From Eledone cirrhosa (Eukaryota), in NCBI GenBank assembly GCA_964016885.1, contig OZ024747.1, positions 28,644,001-28,708,000 on the forward strand: a DNA stretch of 64,000 nt, given 5' to 3'. Position numbers and translations under genes: made by a program. Numbering within the stretch: position 1 is the stretch's first letter; every line of letters begins with the position of its first letter. Under the pieces are notes generated by a model that was given only the letters and a program-made list of their open reading frames with translations, ran no database searches and was not told the DNA's origin. This document shows, in pieces, positions 1 through 11,335 of this stretch.

Positions 1-2831
1 TAGTGTTGGCGGATCTCGGGAAGCATGGAGGCCTTAAAGGATGCAGTGTCTCGACAGCTAACAACTGATGCAGGTAGTTTGTTCCATGCTTCAGCAACTC
101 TGAGCGTGAAAAAATGTTTCCGAAAGTCATGGGAACTGTGCTGTTTTCTTACTTTGTGGGCATGTCCACGTGTGTTAGACACATGGAAATCGAAAAGGCA
201 CTCAGGGTTGTTGTTGGCAACATGGTTAACAATTTTGTGGGTGTTTACCAAGTCAGTTGCCAGGCGTCGGAGCTTCAATGAATCCATGCCCAGGGAAGCA
301 AGGCGCTCAGAGTATGGTAGATGCCTGATGGAGGGTATTCGCTTGGTTGCATGTCTCTGAACAGTTTCCAGGCGGTCAATGTCCTGAGCAAGATAGGGGT
401 TCCAGACTGGTGATGCAAATTCTAAGTGTGGTCGCACCATAGCTGTATACAGCCTTAAATAGATATCTGGAGAGCGGCTGACAAAGGTCTTGCTGAGTGA
501 TGCTAAGACACCCTCGGCCCTCTTGACAATTTTAGAGACGTGCCTCGTCCAACGCAAATCGCTGCTGACCGTCATGCCCAGGTCACGTTCACAGGAAGAC
601 TTCTTGATATTAGTGCTGTGGAGGGAGTATGTGGACGCTGGGTTTTTACTCCCAAAATGCATGGTGGTGCACTTGTCCACAGCTAGCTTGAGTTGCCAGT
701 CTGAGATCCACTGTTGCATTGTGTCCAGGTCAGACTGCAAGCAAGATCTATAGTGTTCAGGATCTGTCCTTTTTATCTCAAGGTACAGCTTGATGTCGTC
801 TGCGTACTTTAGTACTGTGGCATTCCTTAAGTTGGCATCTATGTCATTAATATATGCCACAAACAAAAGGGGGCCAAGAACAGATCCCTGAGGTACACCA
901 GATGACATCTCATATGGTGAGGAATGCTGTCCCAGAACCGTGACTACCTCTCTTCGACTGAGAATGAAGGACTTCAACCAGTTAAAAAGATCATCCTTCA
1001 CACCCATTGCAGAGAGTTTTGCCATAAGCCTTTTCTGTGGCACAGAATTGAAGGCCTTCGCAAAGTCAAGATAAACAACATCCACCCATGAGCCACCATC
1101 AGTGATCCAGGTGATGTCCTCAAGAAACTCTATAAGTTGATCACAGCAGCTGGAGTTGGGGATAAATCCAAATTGCGAGGGCCGGATAAGACTGTGAGAG
1201 CTCCAGAAGTTCCAAAGTGTTTCTCTGACACAGGATTCCATCAGTTTGGCGATGCAACTAGTAAGACTGACTGGACGATAGTTCACAGGTGATGTGCGGT
1301 CACCCTTTTTGAACAGAGGAATGACACTGGCAGTTTTCCACTGTTCTGGAGTAGCACTGTTGTTCAGACAGAATTGGAAGAAGCGTGATAACTGGTATAG
1401 AAGGAAGTACCCACCACGTTTAAGAAGCAGGTACGTAACACCATCAAGACCAGGAGAGGCATGGTTGCGTTTATTTTTTAGGTGACGTCGCAGCATTGCA
1501 GGTGTAAATTCCATGGTTGTAATAGAGTCCGGTGTCATAGGTGGTGGAGATGGTACACTCTGGTCTTCAATGGTGAAAATGCCTGCATAGCATTCAGCAA
1601 TGAGCTCTGCGCATTCCTTGGGGTCGTCAGTAACCTGGCTTGTGTTGGGATTGCGAAGAGGACCAACTGGAGAGTGAGGCCTCTGCTTTGAGTGAACATA
1701 CTTCCAGAACACCTTACTGTCAGGGCTGGTTGCTATGCGCTGCTCAAATTGAAGCACTGCCTTTTTTGTCACCTGTTTGAGGTGGTTGGACGATCTATTT
1801 CGCCTCTTCCTATTAATGTCTGATTTGTGAAGTTTGTACTCACGTTCAGCATTGCGCCGTTCTTTTCTGGCAAGACGGACTGCTGCAGTCTCCCAAATTG
1901 CGCTTTTAGGATGTTTTTTCCGCTTACGTGGCACCGATGCTGCACATGCTGTCCATATTGAGCTCAGGATGTTCTGGAGTACAGTGTTGACATCTCCAGA
2001 GTCATAGAACTCAAGCCAGTTTGGCCGTTGCAACTCGGTGCAGTAACAGTTCCAGTCTGCTTTATTCCAGTCAAAGTGAGCAGTTTGGAGATGGTTGTGG
2101 TTCTTGTTACTGCCCATGAGGGATAGATTGGCAATGATCATAGCATGATCAGAGTCACCTAAAGGTTCCTCAGCAGTAACACTAATGACCGTTTCAGGAG
2201 TAGTGGTGAAGAGTAGGTCCAAAGTGTTGTCACCTCTCGTTGGGGAGGTGACCACCTGGGACCAACTCGAGTCCAGCACCAGCTCAAGGAAGTCATTTGC
2301 ACTTGGCGGCCAACGAAAGGTCTCCCAGTCAATCTCAGGGTGATTGAAGTCACCTGCAATGAAAACATAAGTGGCTGTCTTCCTGGCAGCAGCTCTGAGG
2401 ATATCACAAAGTTGAGTGTCCTGATGGTAATTTGGGGGACGGTAAACGACTCCAAGTAGCAGTGTTGACATGGTCATACGTATATCGCAGAAAAAAACTT
2501 CCTGCTGTGATTGGTTCAAATCAGCACAAGGAATTGCCGACAGATTTGACTGAACGTAGACCATTACACCACCACCACGACGATTAATACGGTCTTTACG
2601 AAACAGGTTGTAGCCAGTCATGCTGAAAACCCCATCACAGAGTAAGGGATGTGCCCAAGTTTCCGTGACTGTAATGAAGTCCGGGTTGATACTTTTGACG
2701 TAGGAGTCAAAAAGATGAATCTTATTGCATAGACTACGTGCATTCAAGGACAACAGTTTGTACTTTGATTCCAGTCTATGATTATGTGCAGGGGATGGCA
2801 GGTTGTTCTGATTTAGTTTCCCAGAGTTTTT
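1..2831 (-). CDS. CR1 ORF2 (APE endonuclease + reverse transcriptase), apparently uninterrupted, no ATG upstream of the endonuclease motifs
   Basis: LLSLNARSLCNK..ITVTETW..RKDR..RGGGV (from ~2756), YLDFAKAF, GVPQGSVLGPLLF and YADD (806-795) are spot-checked in one frame, and the ORF track shows no stop-terminated ORF in that frame. The frame opens after TGA at 2834-2832. By comparison with the second copy, the stop falls just outside the window. Confidence 0.88.
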
Positions 2832-4061
2832 TCAGTTTCTTTATTGTCAGTTGTTGTGGGTACACTGTTTTCAGACCAGCTGGTGTCTCTTTTCCATGAT
2901 TCGCCAGCCTTAACAAACTTCCATATCTGCCCATCATCTCGTAGGCTGAAGCTTTCATGTTCTGCCGAGCTGCGGTTTAGGGAAGCTGCAGCACGCAACT
3001 TTGGGCGGACATCAGGTGGAAGACCAGGACGTGTTCGGAAAGCAATCCGACTTTCACGCCTAGCTTTATCAGAGGCTACAAGGTATGAACGTGCCTCAGC
3101 CGAGTTTGAAAACGACAGTCTCAACCAGTCTCGACCAGGCCCGAAACCTGGGTTTCGGGCCTGGTCGGCCAAGGCGTAGAGCACCCTTTGCGGGAGCACA
3201 GCCCAGGTCTTTGGATGAACTGGCAGCAAATGCCTGAAGATCAACTATGTCTTCCGGCACACCAATGGCAATCACTTCGTGGTTTGCAGATTCAGTGGCA
3301 TTCTCAATGCGTCTAGGTTCAACATGAGGTACGCGGAGATTTTTTAACAAGGCACTCCGGTAAGATCCCTCATTGTGGGGTTCTACACGAACGCTTGATT
3401 TTATTTCCGCTATTTCTTGACTTAAAGCGGAAATCATTTGCCGTATTTCCTCAAACTCCGTATTGACGGTCGGTTTTTGTTGTTGTTCTTCTCCTTCAAC
3501 AGGCATGGTAGAAGACACAGTCGTCGGTTGTTGTTGTTGAAAAGTAACGGGTGAGGAAGACATGGGTTGCTGTTGTTGATGAAGTCCTTCAACGGGGGTA
3601 GTAGCAGAAGCTACGGTCGTTGGTTTTTGCTGTTGTTCAGCGACAATGGTAGAGGAAGACACGATCCTCGGTTTTTGTTGTTGTTGTTCAGGAACAATGG
3701 TAGAAGACACGATCTTCGGTCTTTGTTGTTGTTCCGCAGCAATGGGAGAAGCAGGCATACAGTCCAGGCACTGAAAGGACCAGTTTGTTAGCTGGACCAT
3801 CTCCCAGAGTCTATCCATCGTAGCAATGTGATGTTTCTTATTTTGGCCTGGGATCTTCCGGAAGCCTGTGGCGCATTGAAGGCAGACAGAGATGCGACAG
3901 GTTCCACATTCGACCCAACGATTACGGAACGAGTTTTCGGGTTCCGTACAGATATGGCAGGTGTGATCTTCCGGGCAATGTTCTATTTTTGGACATCGAC
4001 CAGTTTTGTCGCAAATTTCATCGATGGATATCACCATGACAATTTTGTTATTTCTACCCAT
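2813..4061 (-). pseudogene. CR1 ORF1 (PHD finger, Q-rich repeats, coiled coil, RRM-like C-terminus) with one frameshift near 3130-3150
   Basis: ATG at 4061. PHD-like CHIC..VECGTC..CLQC..FQCLDC, coiled coil FEEIRQMISALSQEIAEIK, and the motifs SYRSALLK, EVIAIGVPE and RLGRPGPKPR. Coding continues in the 2813..3244 frame (WLRLSF...KTLGN*). Confidence 0.8.
3470..3740 (-). repeat. Degenerate coding tandem repeat in ORF1 (QQQ(K/R)P..VSST..VE, about 6 units)
   Basis: Repeated tgttgttg...ggtagaagacac units visible in both DNA and translation. Confidence 0.8.
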
Positions 4062-4670
4062 CCGTAGAAAAACACAGAATGTAAACAATATAGGTTTAGC
4101 GCACTTGATTACGATAGAAATAAAATGTCTGTTTTTTTTGTGTATTTTGTTTCCGTTTTCCTAAATGTTGTGTGTGTGTAGAAGAGTCTGTGCATGTAAA
4201 CAAATAAATATGCTGCGTAAGTTAAATGAAACGTACTGTAGAAGGCAGTTGTTTATTAACAGCGAATAACGTTTTTTTGTTTTGTTTTTTCCCCTGATAC
4301 TGCTTCTTTATAGTAAACTTTCAATAATATTTTTTTTTCAAATTATTAACTTTCAGCTGCTAGTATATATATATAATTAAAAGGTGTATGTGGGTTAGAA
4401 GCGAAGTCAATGTTAAGAAATATTTTACCAATGTAAATTGGTAAAATTGGCCGGTATAGTGTCTCACACGCAATAGTGTGGTTTCTTTTCACGTGTGTAT
4501 ATGCATATGGTATGTATCTGTATATAAATCTGCGTTATATTGTTGTTTATATGTTTTGTGGAGTACTTACTGCGATCCTTAAGGGATGTAGTGATTTGTT
4601 TTTTTTTTGTTTTTTTTTCCCCGTCCATGTCCACACGTGGTTCGTTGGCGAAAATCAAGTCAAATTATAT

Positions 4671-5627
4671 ACTAGACATGAAAAATGCGCAAGCTCAAAA
4701 GTGCCACAGAATGTTATAATAAACCTTCAAAAGTGTGGGACTAGAGTTGTTGCTAAAAAATATTGTAATCATTATATATCGTACATTCTGTGGCATCCTT
4801 TATAAAAATAGCTTAAACCAACGAAGCCTTTATTTTTACGCTATTTCACTTAGTTAATTCTTAGAGTGTAACATATAAAAATATGATTTACAACTATAAA
4901 ATAAATTAATTAATATAATAACAGAGCTGCGGAGCTGAAATTTAGGAAATAATGGAGTATCGGATCCTGAGTTGGAGCCAGTCAATTTTTGACCGACTCC
5001 GCAGCCCTGTATAATACATTTCATATTAAAGTTATTAATAAACCTATTTTACACTTCATGCAAATTACCACGAGATATTGATATTAGATATAAGATACAG
5101 CGCAATATCTACAGCTGTAAAAGTACGAAAGCGAAGTAATAATAAGTGGCTTAAGGTAATTCCAATATGAAAGTTTGTAGTGATAAAAATTTGATAATGC
5201 AATACGATTGTTAATATTATAGTTCTATGAAAATGTAACAATAGATAACTAAATTATTTTACTATTAGTATATTTAAGAAATTATCATTATAGATTTGAT
5301 CGTTCATATAAGCATCATATTAAGTTTCAACACAATTATTTTGTTACTATGAGTATATGATAATAATATTACGTAATTATTTATAGCTGTTATTACATTA
5401 AACATAGATGTATTTATTTTTATATGTTACACTCTAAGAATTAACTAAGTGAAATAGCGTAAAAATAAAGGCTTCGTTGGTTTAAGCTATTTTTATAAAG
5501 GATGCCACAGAATGTACGATATATAATGATTACAATATTTTTTAGCAACAACTCTAGTCCCACACTTTTGAAGGTTTATTATAACATTCTGTGGCACTTT
5601 TGAGCTTGCGCATTTTTCATGTCTAGT
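4671..5627. mobile_element. Non-autonomous DNA element with 213-bp terminal inverted repeats
   Basis: 4671-4883 is the reverse complement of 5415-5627, with no mismatch seen by eye. AT-rich non-coding interior. No clean TSD. Confidence 0.85.
4922..5009. mobile_element. 88-bp hAT-type MITE nested in the TIR element
   Basis: TIRs CAGAGCTGCGGAG / CTCCGCAGCCCTG; 8-bp flanks TATAATAA / TATAATAC (7/8 match). Confidence 0.7.
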
Positions 5628-6185
5628 TTAATATTTTTTTAAGGCAACGCTTGTAATAACTCTAGTTAAACAGGATATATATTAATAATAAATTATCGTT
5701 GTAATGTAATTAGATTATGTAATTGTTATTATAAATTATCTTATAAATATTAGTGTAAGATGTATAAAAATATTTTCAGACTTTTAATATAAACAACTAC
5801 AAAAAACAATCAATATTAAATCAATATATTATACATAATAGAAAACATAAAATATACAATACAAAAACAAAATATTTACATACAATTGCAATTATCAGTG
5901 TATATACATTTTCTTTATATTCCCTGAGCAAATTAATAAGATTTGTTTTTATTGTACATAATTTGATGACTTGTTGGAGTGTATTAAAAGATAGCAACAA
6001 TTTGTGATTAAATTGTTATCTTAAGCAACTCACTTTTTAATAGTTGTTGGCTGAGCGAAATTGTAAAAGCCTATGAGCAAATATAAAAAAAAATACACAA
6101 ACAACATTTCCTTGTGTTATTACAACATTAGATAAAATAATTGAGCAATGTCGTTATATTTTGCTCTTATTGCACATTAATAGTG

Positions 6186-6350
6186 TTTCTATTTTTCGGC
6201 ACAAATCCATTACGGCAGTCCATTACTGGTACTTTATTTTATCGAATTAGTAAGTATGAAAGTCGAAGTTAACCTCGGCAGGATTTGAACTTAGAATGCA
6301 AAGGACCATAACAATACTGCAAAGCATGGTGTCTGACGCTCTACCAATAC
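6186..6350 (-). mobile_element. tRNA-derived SINE, degenerate copy
   Basis: Similar to 7061-7246 (ttactggtactttattttatcga...aacctcggc.ggatttgaac). Confidence 0.75.
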
Positions 6351-6741
6351 TTGTGTTGAGCTGGTCATTAATTTATGGTGGTCGTGCGTGGAGTAGAGCA
6401 ATCGCTAGTTGAAATATTATGAACAAAACATTTTTATTTGCCGAAGAACATATTTTCAATACTGTTTGTGAATGTGACGAAGGAAATACATTCTGATATG
6501 GAACAGTGTACAAAGTGTGTCTGTGAATAACATAATGTTACCTCATGTTGTTGTCAAGACATAATGGATTTCGTTTATCCAGTTAGAAGATGAAACCTAG
6601 CCATCTCGGATTAGTTATATTTCATGCCATGTGTAAACGTGTTTGAGGATAGCAAAATATGCGCGTTAATTATAATAATTAGTTAATAATATTACAAAAT
6701 ATACCTAATTAAACTCTTTGCTTGAAATTTTATCATTCTTC

Positions 6742-6744
<3 letters not shown>

Positions 6745-6832
<88 letters not shown>
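6745..6832. repeat. (TA)n(GA)n compound microsatellite
   Basis: Seen directly. Confidence 0.95.
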
Positions 6833-6836
<4 letters not shown>

Positions 6837-7060
6837 TCTAGTCCTTCGCTCAAGATTAATCTATAAGTTTAGATGTTTGCCTTCGTTTAAGTAAATATTA
6901 CAGTAAGATTTTTAATATAAACAACTGCAAAAAACAATTAATATTAAAACGAAAAAATTATCAATGATAAAAGAAGCGGATGCAACTTTTTTTTTTATAA
7001 AGTTATATTCCTGTTTCTTTAAAGAACATTTCATTTTTGTTCTATTGTAGGCGAAATAAT

Positions 7061-7246
7061 TGTTTCTACTTTAGGCACAAGGCCAGCAAATTACCCAGTA
7101 CATTACTGGTACTTTATTTTATCGACCCCGTAAGGATGAAAGGCAAAGTTAACCTCGGCGGGATTTGAACCTAGACTGTAAAGGGACGTAACTATGCTAG
7201 AAAGCATGGCGTCCAACCCTCTACCGATACTGCCAATTCACCGCCC
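7061..7246 (-). mobile_element. Full-length tRNA-derived SINE with 15-bp TSD
   Basis: A box TGGCAGTATCGG, B box GTTCAAATCC, core gcctttcatccttacggggtcgataaaataaagtaccag. TSD TGTAGGCGAAATAAT at 7046-7060 and 7247-7261. Confidence 0.9.
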
Positions 7247-8378
7247 TGTAGGCGAAATAATGCAATGGTTTAATAGGGAAGATATAACTTACGAATTATG
7301 TCTCTAACCGTGTAACGCTTTTTAAGTAGATAACTACAATTGAAAATACTAAAGAAATGGAACCAACAATTCAATTTGAAAGTCGTCTAGTGACAGTGTA
7401 TTACTGGTACTTTATTTTATCGACCCCGTAACGATGAAAGGCAAAAATGCAAATGCTTAAAATTTAAATTGCCTTAATTCTATCGTCTGCTGTTTCATTA
7501 AAGGGAGATTATCGTCTGTATTTAATTCTATCGTCTACTGTTCCACTAAACAGATATACCTCCACTATCGTCTCTATTTATACATTTTAACTTATAACTT
7601 ATACACATTTGATTTGAAATATTTTATCTAGTCCCCCCTCTCAATATTATGATGATTTCTTTCGAATGAAACAGTTCTAGTCCTGTAGAAGCCATTTATA
7701 TATATAATTGAACTGAGTTAAAAATTCACAATATTTATAATTAAATAAGCTCATATATATATGTGTGTATTTATCTGTTTATTGTATTATATATAATGTG
7801 TGTATATACAGGATGTCCCCCAAAAATATATACACACTTCAACAGCATTCTAATAACTATTGCCTGTACAGGTAATCAAAGTGTCAATCGAATGTTAGTT
7901 TCGTGTTTTAACAGTACAAATTTACAATACACACATAAAACCAGTGTATATACATACATGAGTGTGTATACACATACATGAATGTGTATATACAATATAT
8001 ATGTATATATATATATAGACACATGTATTCACGGTGCAACGGTACATTAAAATATAGATGCGGGAGAGGGGGTGTATATATAGGGGCGCTGGGGATAAAG
8101 GAGTGTAAAGCGTGTGTAATTGATATATTGAAGGAGAGGAGCGTGCAGCGATAGAGTAACAAATATATAGAGAGGGGGAGAGATGGTATTGAAGGGGAGG
8201 AGTGCAAAGCGAAAGAGTAAGAGATATAAATAGAGACGGAACAGATAGAGAGAAACAGGCGTAAGTAACAGTGGAAGAGATATAGAGAGAGGTACTCTGA
8301 TTGGTTGAAAATTAGCCAATCACATACGATCACCACCACGGCTATCCCCGAAAAATTTTTAAAGAAGCTAGGCATATA

Positions 8379-8432
8379 TGTTAGAACACGAAAAGTGAAC
8401 ATTCTGTGTTTCACACTTTTCGTGTTCTAACA
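8379..8432. repeat. 19-bp perfect inverted repeat (hairpin) within a probable non-autonomous element of ~8020-8472
   Basis: TGTTAGAACACGAAAAGTG ... CACTTTTCGTGTTCTAACA. Confidence 0.75.
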
Positions 8433-8694
8433 GATACTTCGTTAAGATAATTCTATCTTGAAACTGGTACTAGTTGTCAGGGAACAGTGAAAGTAATTGT
8501 AATAATGAATATTGTAATCCATCTGACATGTGTTTAAAGGGCAGTTTTTGGTGAAAATATTATATTTTGTTTGGTCAAGACGTGGTCAAGCGACCTTCCT
8601 TGTCGCCATTTTTCCTTCTGTACATATACGTGTTTTGCAACGGGTCACTTTGTGGCTCAATGAAAAGTTAATAAATTAAATAATCAGAGCTATA

Positions 8695-10546
8695 TGTGTC
8701 AAGGAAAACCGTGATATTGTTGGGGAGAAGTGTGTACTAAATGATGATGGCGTACTCGCCATCACTGACGCTGATAAGAAGGTCGCTTGGAAGTGTCACT
8801 ACGAGAGGCTACTAAATGAGGAGAATAAATGGGAGAAGGATAGTCTCCCCCAACTCGATCCAATAGAGGGACCAGCAGTGTTAGTTGAAGGTAGTATAAT
8901 AAGTAAGGCAATCAAAGATATGAAGACGGGTAAGGCGGCTGGGCCTTCGGAAATAGTCGCTGAGATGCTGAAGGCCTCTGGAACGGTGGGACACACCATG
9001 GTCACCCGGATAGTAAACCAAGTCATACAGAATGGGGTTGTTCCGAAGGACTGGCGTAGCAGCATCATCATTAACTGCTACAAGGGTAAAGGAGACGCCC
9101 TAGATAGGAGTAACTATAGAGGGATTAAATTAATCGACCAGGTCATGAAGGTCACGGAAAAAGTAATAGTGCAACTAATCAGAGAGAGAATCGATCTAGA
9201 TGAAATGCAGTTCGGGTTTGTGTCAGGCAAAAGTACCACAGACGCTCTTTTCATTGTACGACAACTACAGGAGAAGTACCTAGCTAAAAGTAAACCCCTA
9301 TACTTAGCCTTTGTCGACTTGGAGAAAGCCTTCGACAGAGTCCCCCGTTCCATTATCTGGTGGGCTCTTAGAAAACTAGGTGTTGACGAATGGCTTGTGA
9401 GAGCTATACAAGCCATGTATAAAGAAACAGTGAGCAAGGTTAGAATTAACAACGAATATAGTGAAGAGTTTAGCGTAAAAGTTGGTGTCCATCAGGGCTC
9501 TGTTATTAGCCCCCTACTATTCATTATTGCTCTTCAGGCTATAACAGAGGAGTTCAAGACCGGCTGCCCATGGGAACTCCTATACGCAGATGACCTAACG
9601 CTCATAGCTGAATCAATGGCCGAGCTAGAGAAGAAATTCCAAACATGGAAGCACGGCCTAGAATCAAAAGGCCTTAAAATTAACATGGCTAAAACTAAAG
9701 TTCTAGTTTGTAGGAAAGAAAATAAGGCGCCTGTCCCTTCCGGGAAATGGCCATGCTCAGTGTGTAGGAAAGGCGTAGGTAGAAACTCCATTTTATGTCC
9801 CAAATGCAAAGTATGGGTGCATAAAAGATGTAGTGGGATCACAGGTAAGCTAACTAAGAACACAGATTTTACATGTGGCCGGTGCTCTGGTGCAATAAGT
9901 AGCAGCAAGTGCCCACAAAATACTAGCTCTTTCAACTGCGCAGAGGGTTCTATAGAAATAGTGGACAGCTTCCGTTACCTGGGTGACAAAATCAGCAGTG
10001 GGGGAGGGTGCTCCAAAAGTACAGTAGCTAGAGTCAGAACTGGATGGAAAAAGTTCGGAGAGCTTATACCACTATTAGCCGCTAAAGGGTTCTCCCTAAA
10101 AGTGAAAGGCAGGTTGTATGATGCCTGCATACGAACAGCAATGTTGCATGGCAGTGAGAAGTGAGACCTGGGCATTGTGTGTAGAGGATATACGCAGACT
10201 AGAGAGGAACGAAGCTTGCATGCTCCGCTGGATGTGTAATAGTAATATACGCGAACGGCAAAGCATAAACGAACTAAGGAAAAAATTAGAAATAAGAGGG
10301 ATCAGATGTTGTTTACTCGAGAGAAGGCTACGTTGGTATGGTCACGTGATGCGCATGAAAGACGACAGCTGTATAACAAAGTGCAGGGCAATAAAGATAG
10401 ATGGTAGCCACGGAGTAGGCAGACCCAGAAAAACCTGGGACGAGCTGATAAATTCCGACCTCACACACGTACACCTCTCCAAGACAATGTCACTGGACCG
10501 AGAGCTTTGGCGGTACTCAGTAATAGAGAAGACCCGCGTTACCTAA
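8695..10546 (+). pseudogene. RTE reverse transcriptase with embedded PHD finger; one frameshift from a 7-bp duplication
   Basis: Frame open from 8695 with NYRGIKL, FVDLEKAFDRV, GVHQGSVISPLLF, YADD, a C4HC3 finger and FRYLG. AGTGAGA is duplicated at 10153-10166, breaking GSETW. Confidence 0.9.
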
Positions 10547-10714
10547 ATACAAAGTAAAACCTACTACAGTCAGTAGGCATCTCTAACAAAATACACCCCC
10601 GTCCCACCACCCCCACCCCATCCACACCGCCCCTTTCAATGTAAAGTTATGTTGGTGCCACAAAATCCAGGCCGAAACAAATGAGATCGTGTAGGTGTCA
10701 CGACAAAAAAACAC

Positions 10715-10945
10715 ACAGTCCATGCTGTAATGTGACCGTGTAGGCAACACGGTAAAAACGTCCCAGTCCCACACTGTAAATGTGGTTGGTGTTAGGAAGG
10801 GCATCCAGCTGTAGAAAACCTGCCAGACAGTCCACGCTGTAATGTGGCCGTGTAGGCAACACGGTAAAAACCTCCCAGCCCCACACTGTAAATGTGGTTG
10901 GTGTTAGGAAGGGCATCCAACTGTAGAAAACCCGCCAGACAGTCC
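10715..10945 (+). repeat. 112-bp tandem duplication in the RTE 3' UTR
   Basis: Units start at 10715, 10827 and 10939 (acagtcc). The related copy at 21792-22308 has a single unit. Confidence 0.9.
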
Positions 10946-11264
10946 TATGCGAGCAAGACAACCACTCTTGCCTCAAGTGGGAAAACTCCCGTCCAAACCC
11001 ATGCAAGCATGGAACACGGACGTTAAACGATGATGATGATGATGATGATGATATATCATATTATCTATTCGATTTTTTATATAGTTAATTATGCTAATTG
11101 GGAGAGGAAATGTATATATTTTATCTGGTGATTCTATAGACATGTTTTATATATATATATATATATATATAAATATATATATATAATGTATATGTGTGTG
11201 TCATGTATGACAAGGACAAGAGCTTATCCACCACCATATTGGCCACAGAACAAAATGTAGGTAA

Positions 11265-11335
11265 TCTGCAGATCAAAGAAGTGTTATTAATAAAACAGTT
11301 GAAGCCATCCATCAATAATAGATTGGAAAGGAACA
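11265..11335 (+). mobile_element. Possible Penelope-like GIY-YIG C-terminal remnant
   Basis: Translates as QIKEVLLIKQLKPSINN, resembling the Penelope E..I....P.lN motif. Confidence 0.4.

Larger units (their letters stand above)
1..4660 (-). mobile_element. CR1-clade LINE, near full length, young copy; 3' end runs off the window start, 5' boundary approximate
   Basis: ORF1 (PHD, Q-rich repeats, coiled coil, RRM-like region) followed by an APE-endonuclease/RT ORF2. Positions 1-2015 are near-identical, in inverted orientation, to the copy at 30570-32530. Confidence 0.92.
8694..11051 (+). mobile_element. RTE-clade LINE, 5'-truncated, with 3' UTR and (GAT)n tail
   Basis: RT ORF, RTE C-terminal motifs (RRLRWYGHVMR, GRPRKTW) and tail taaacgatgatgat... 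Confidence 0.93.

Noticed and set aside
25-2455. Short ORFs on + and in an alternative - frame over the CR1
   Set aside because: Shadow frames of ORF2
7150-7246. tRNA gene suggested by A and B boxes (also 44594-44690)
   Set aside because: Heads of SINEs with a shared body, tail and TSDs; no complete cloverleaf
7808-7950. TACAGGATGTCCCC start resembling a Tc1/mariner TIR
   Set aside because: No matching second TIR or transposase remnant found nearby
8799-10175. Minus-strand ORFs over the RTE RT
   Set aside because: Antisense shadows of the RT frame
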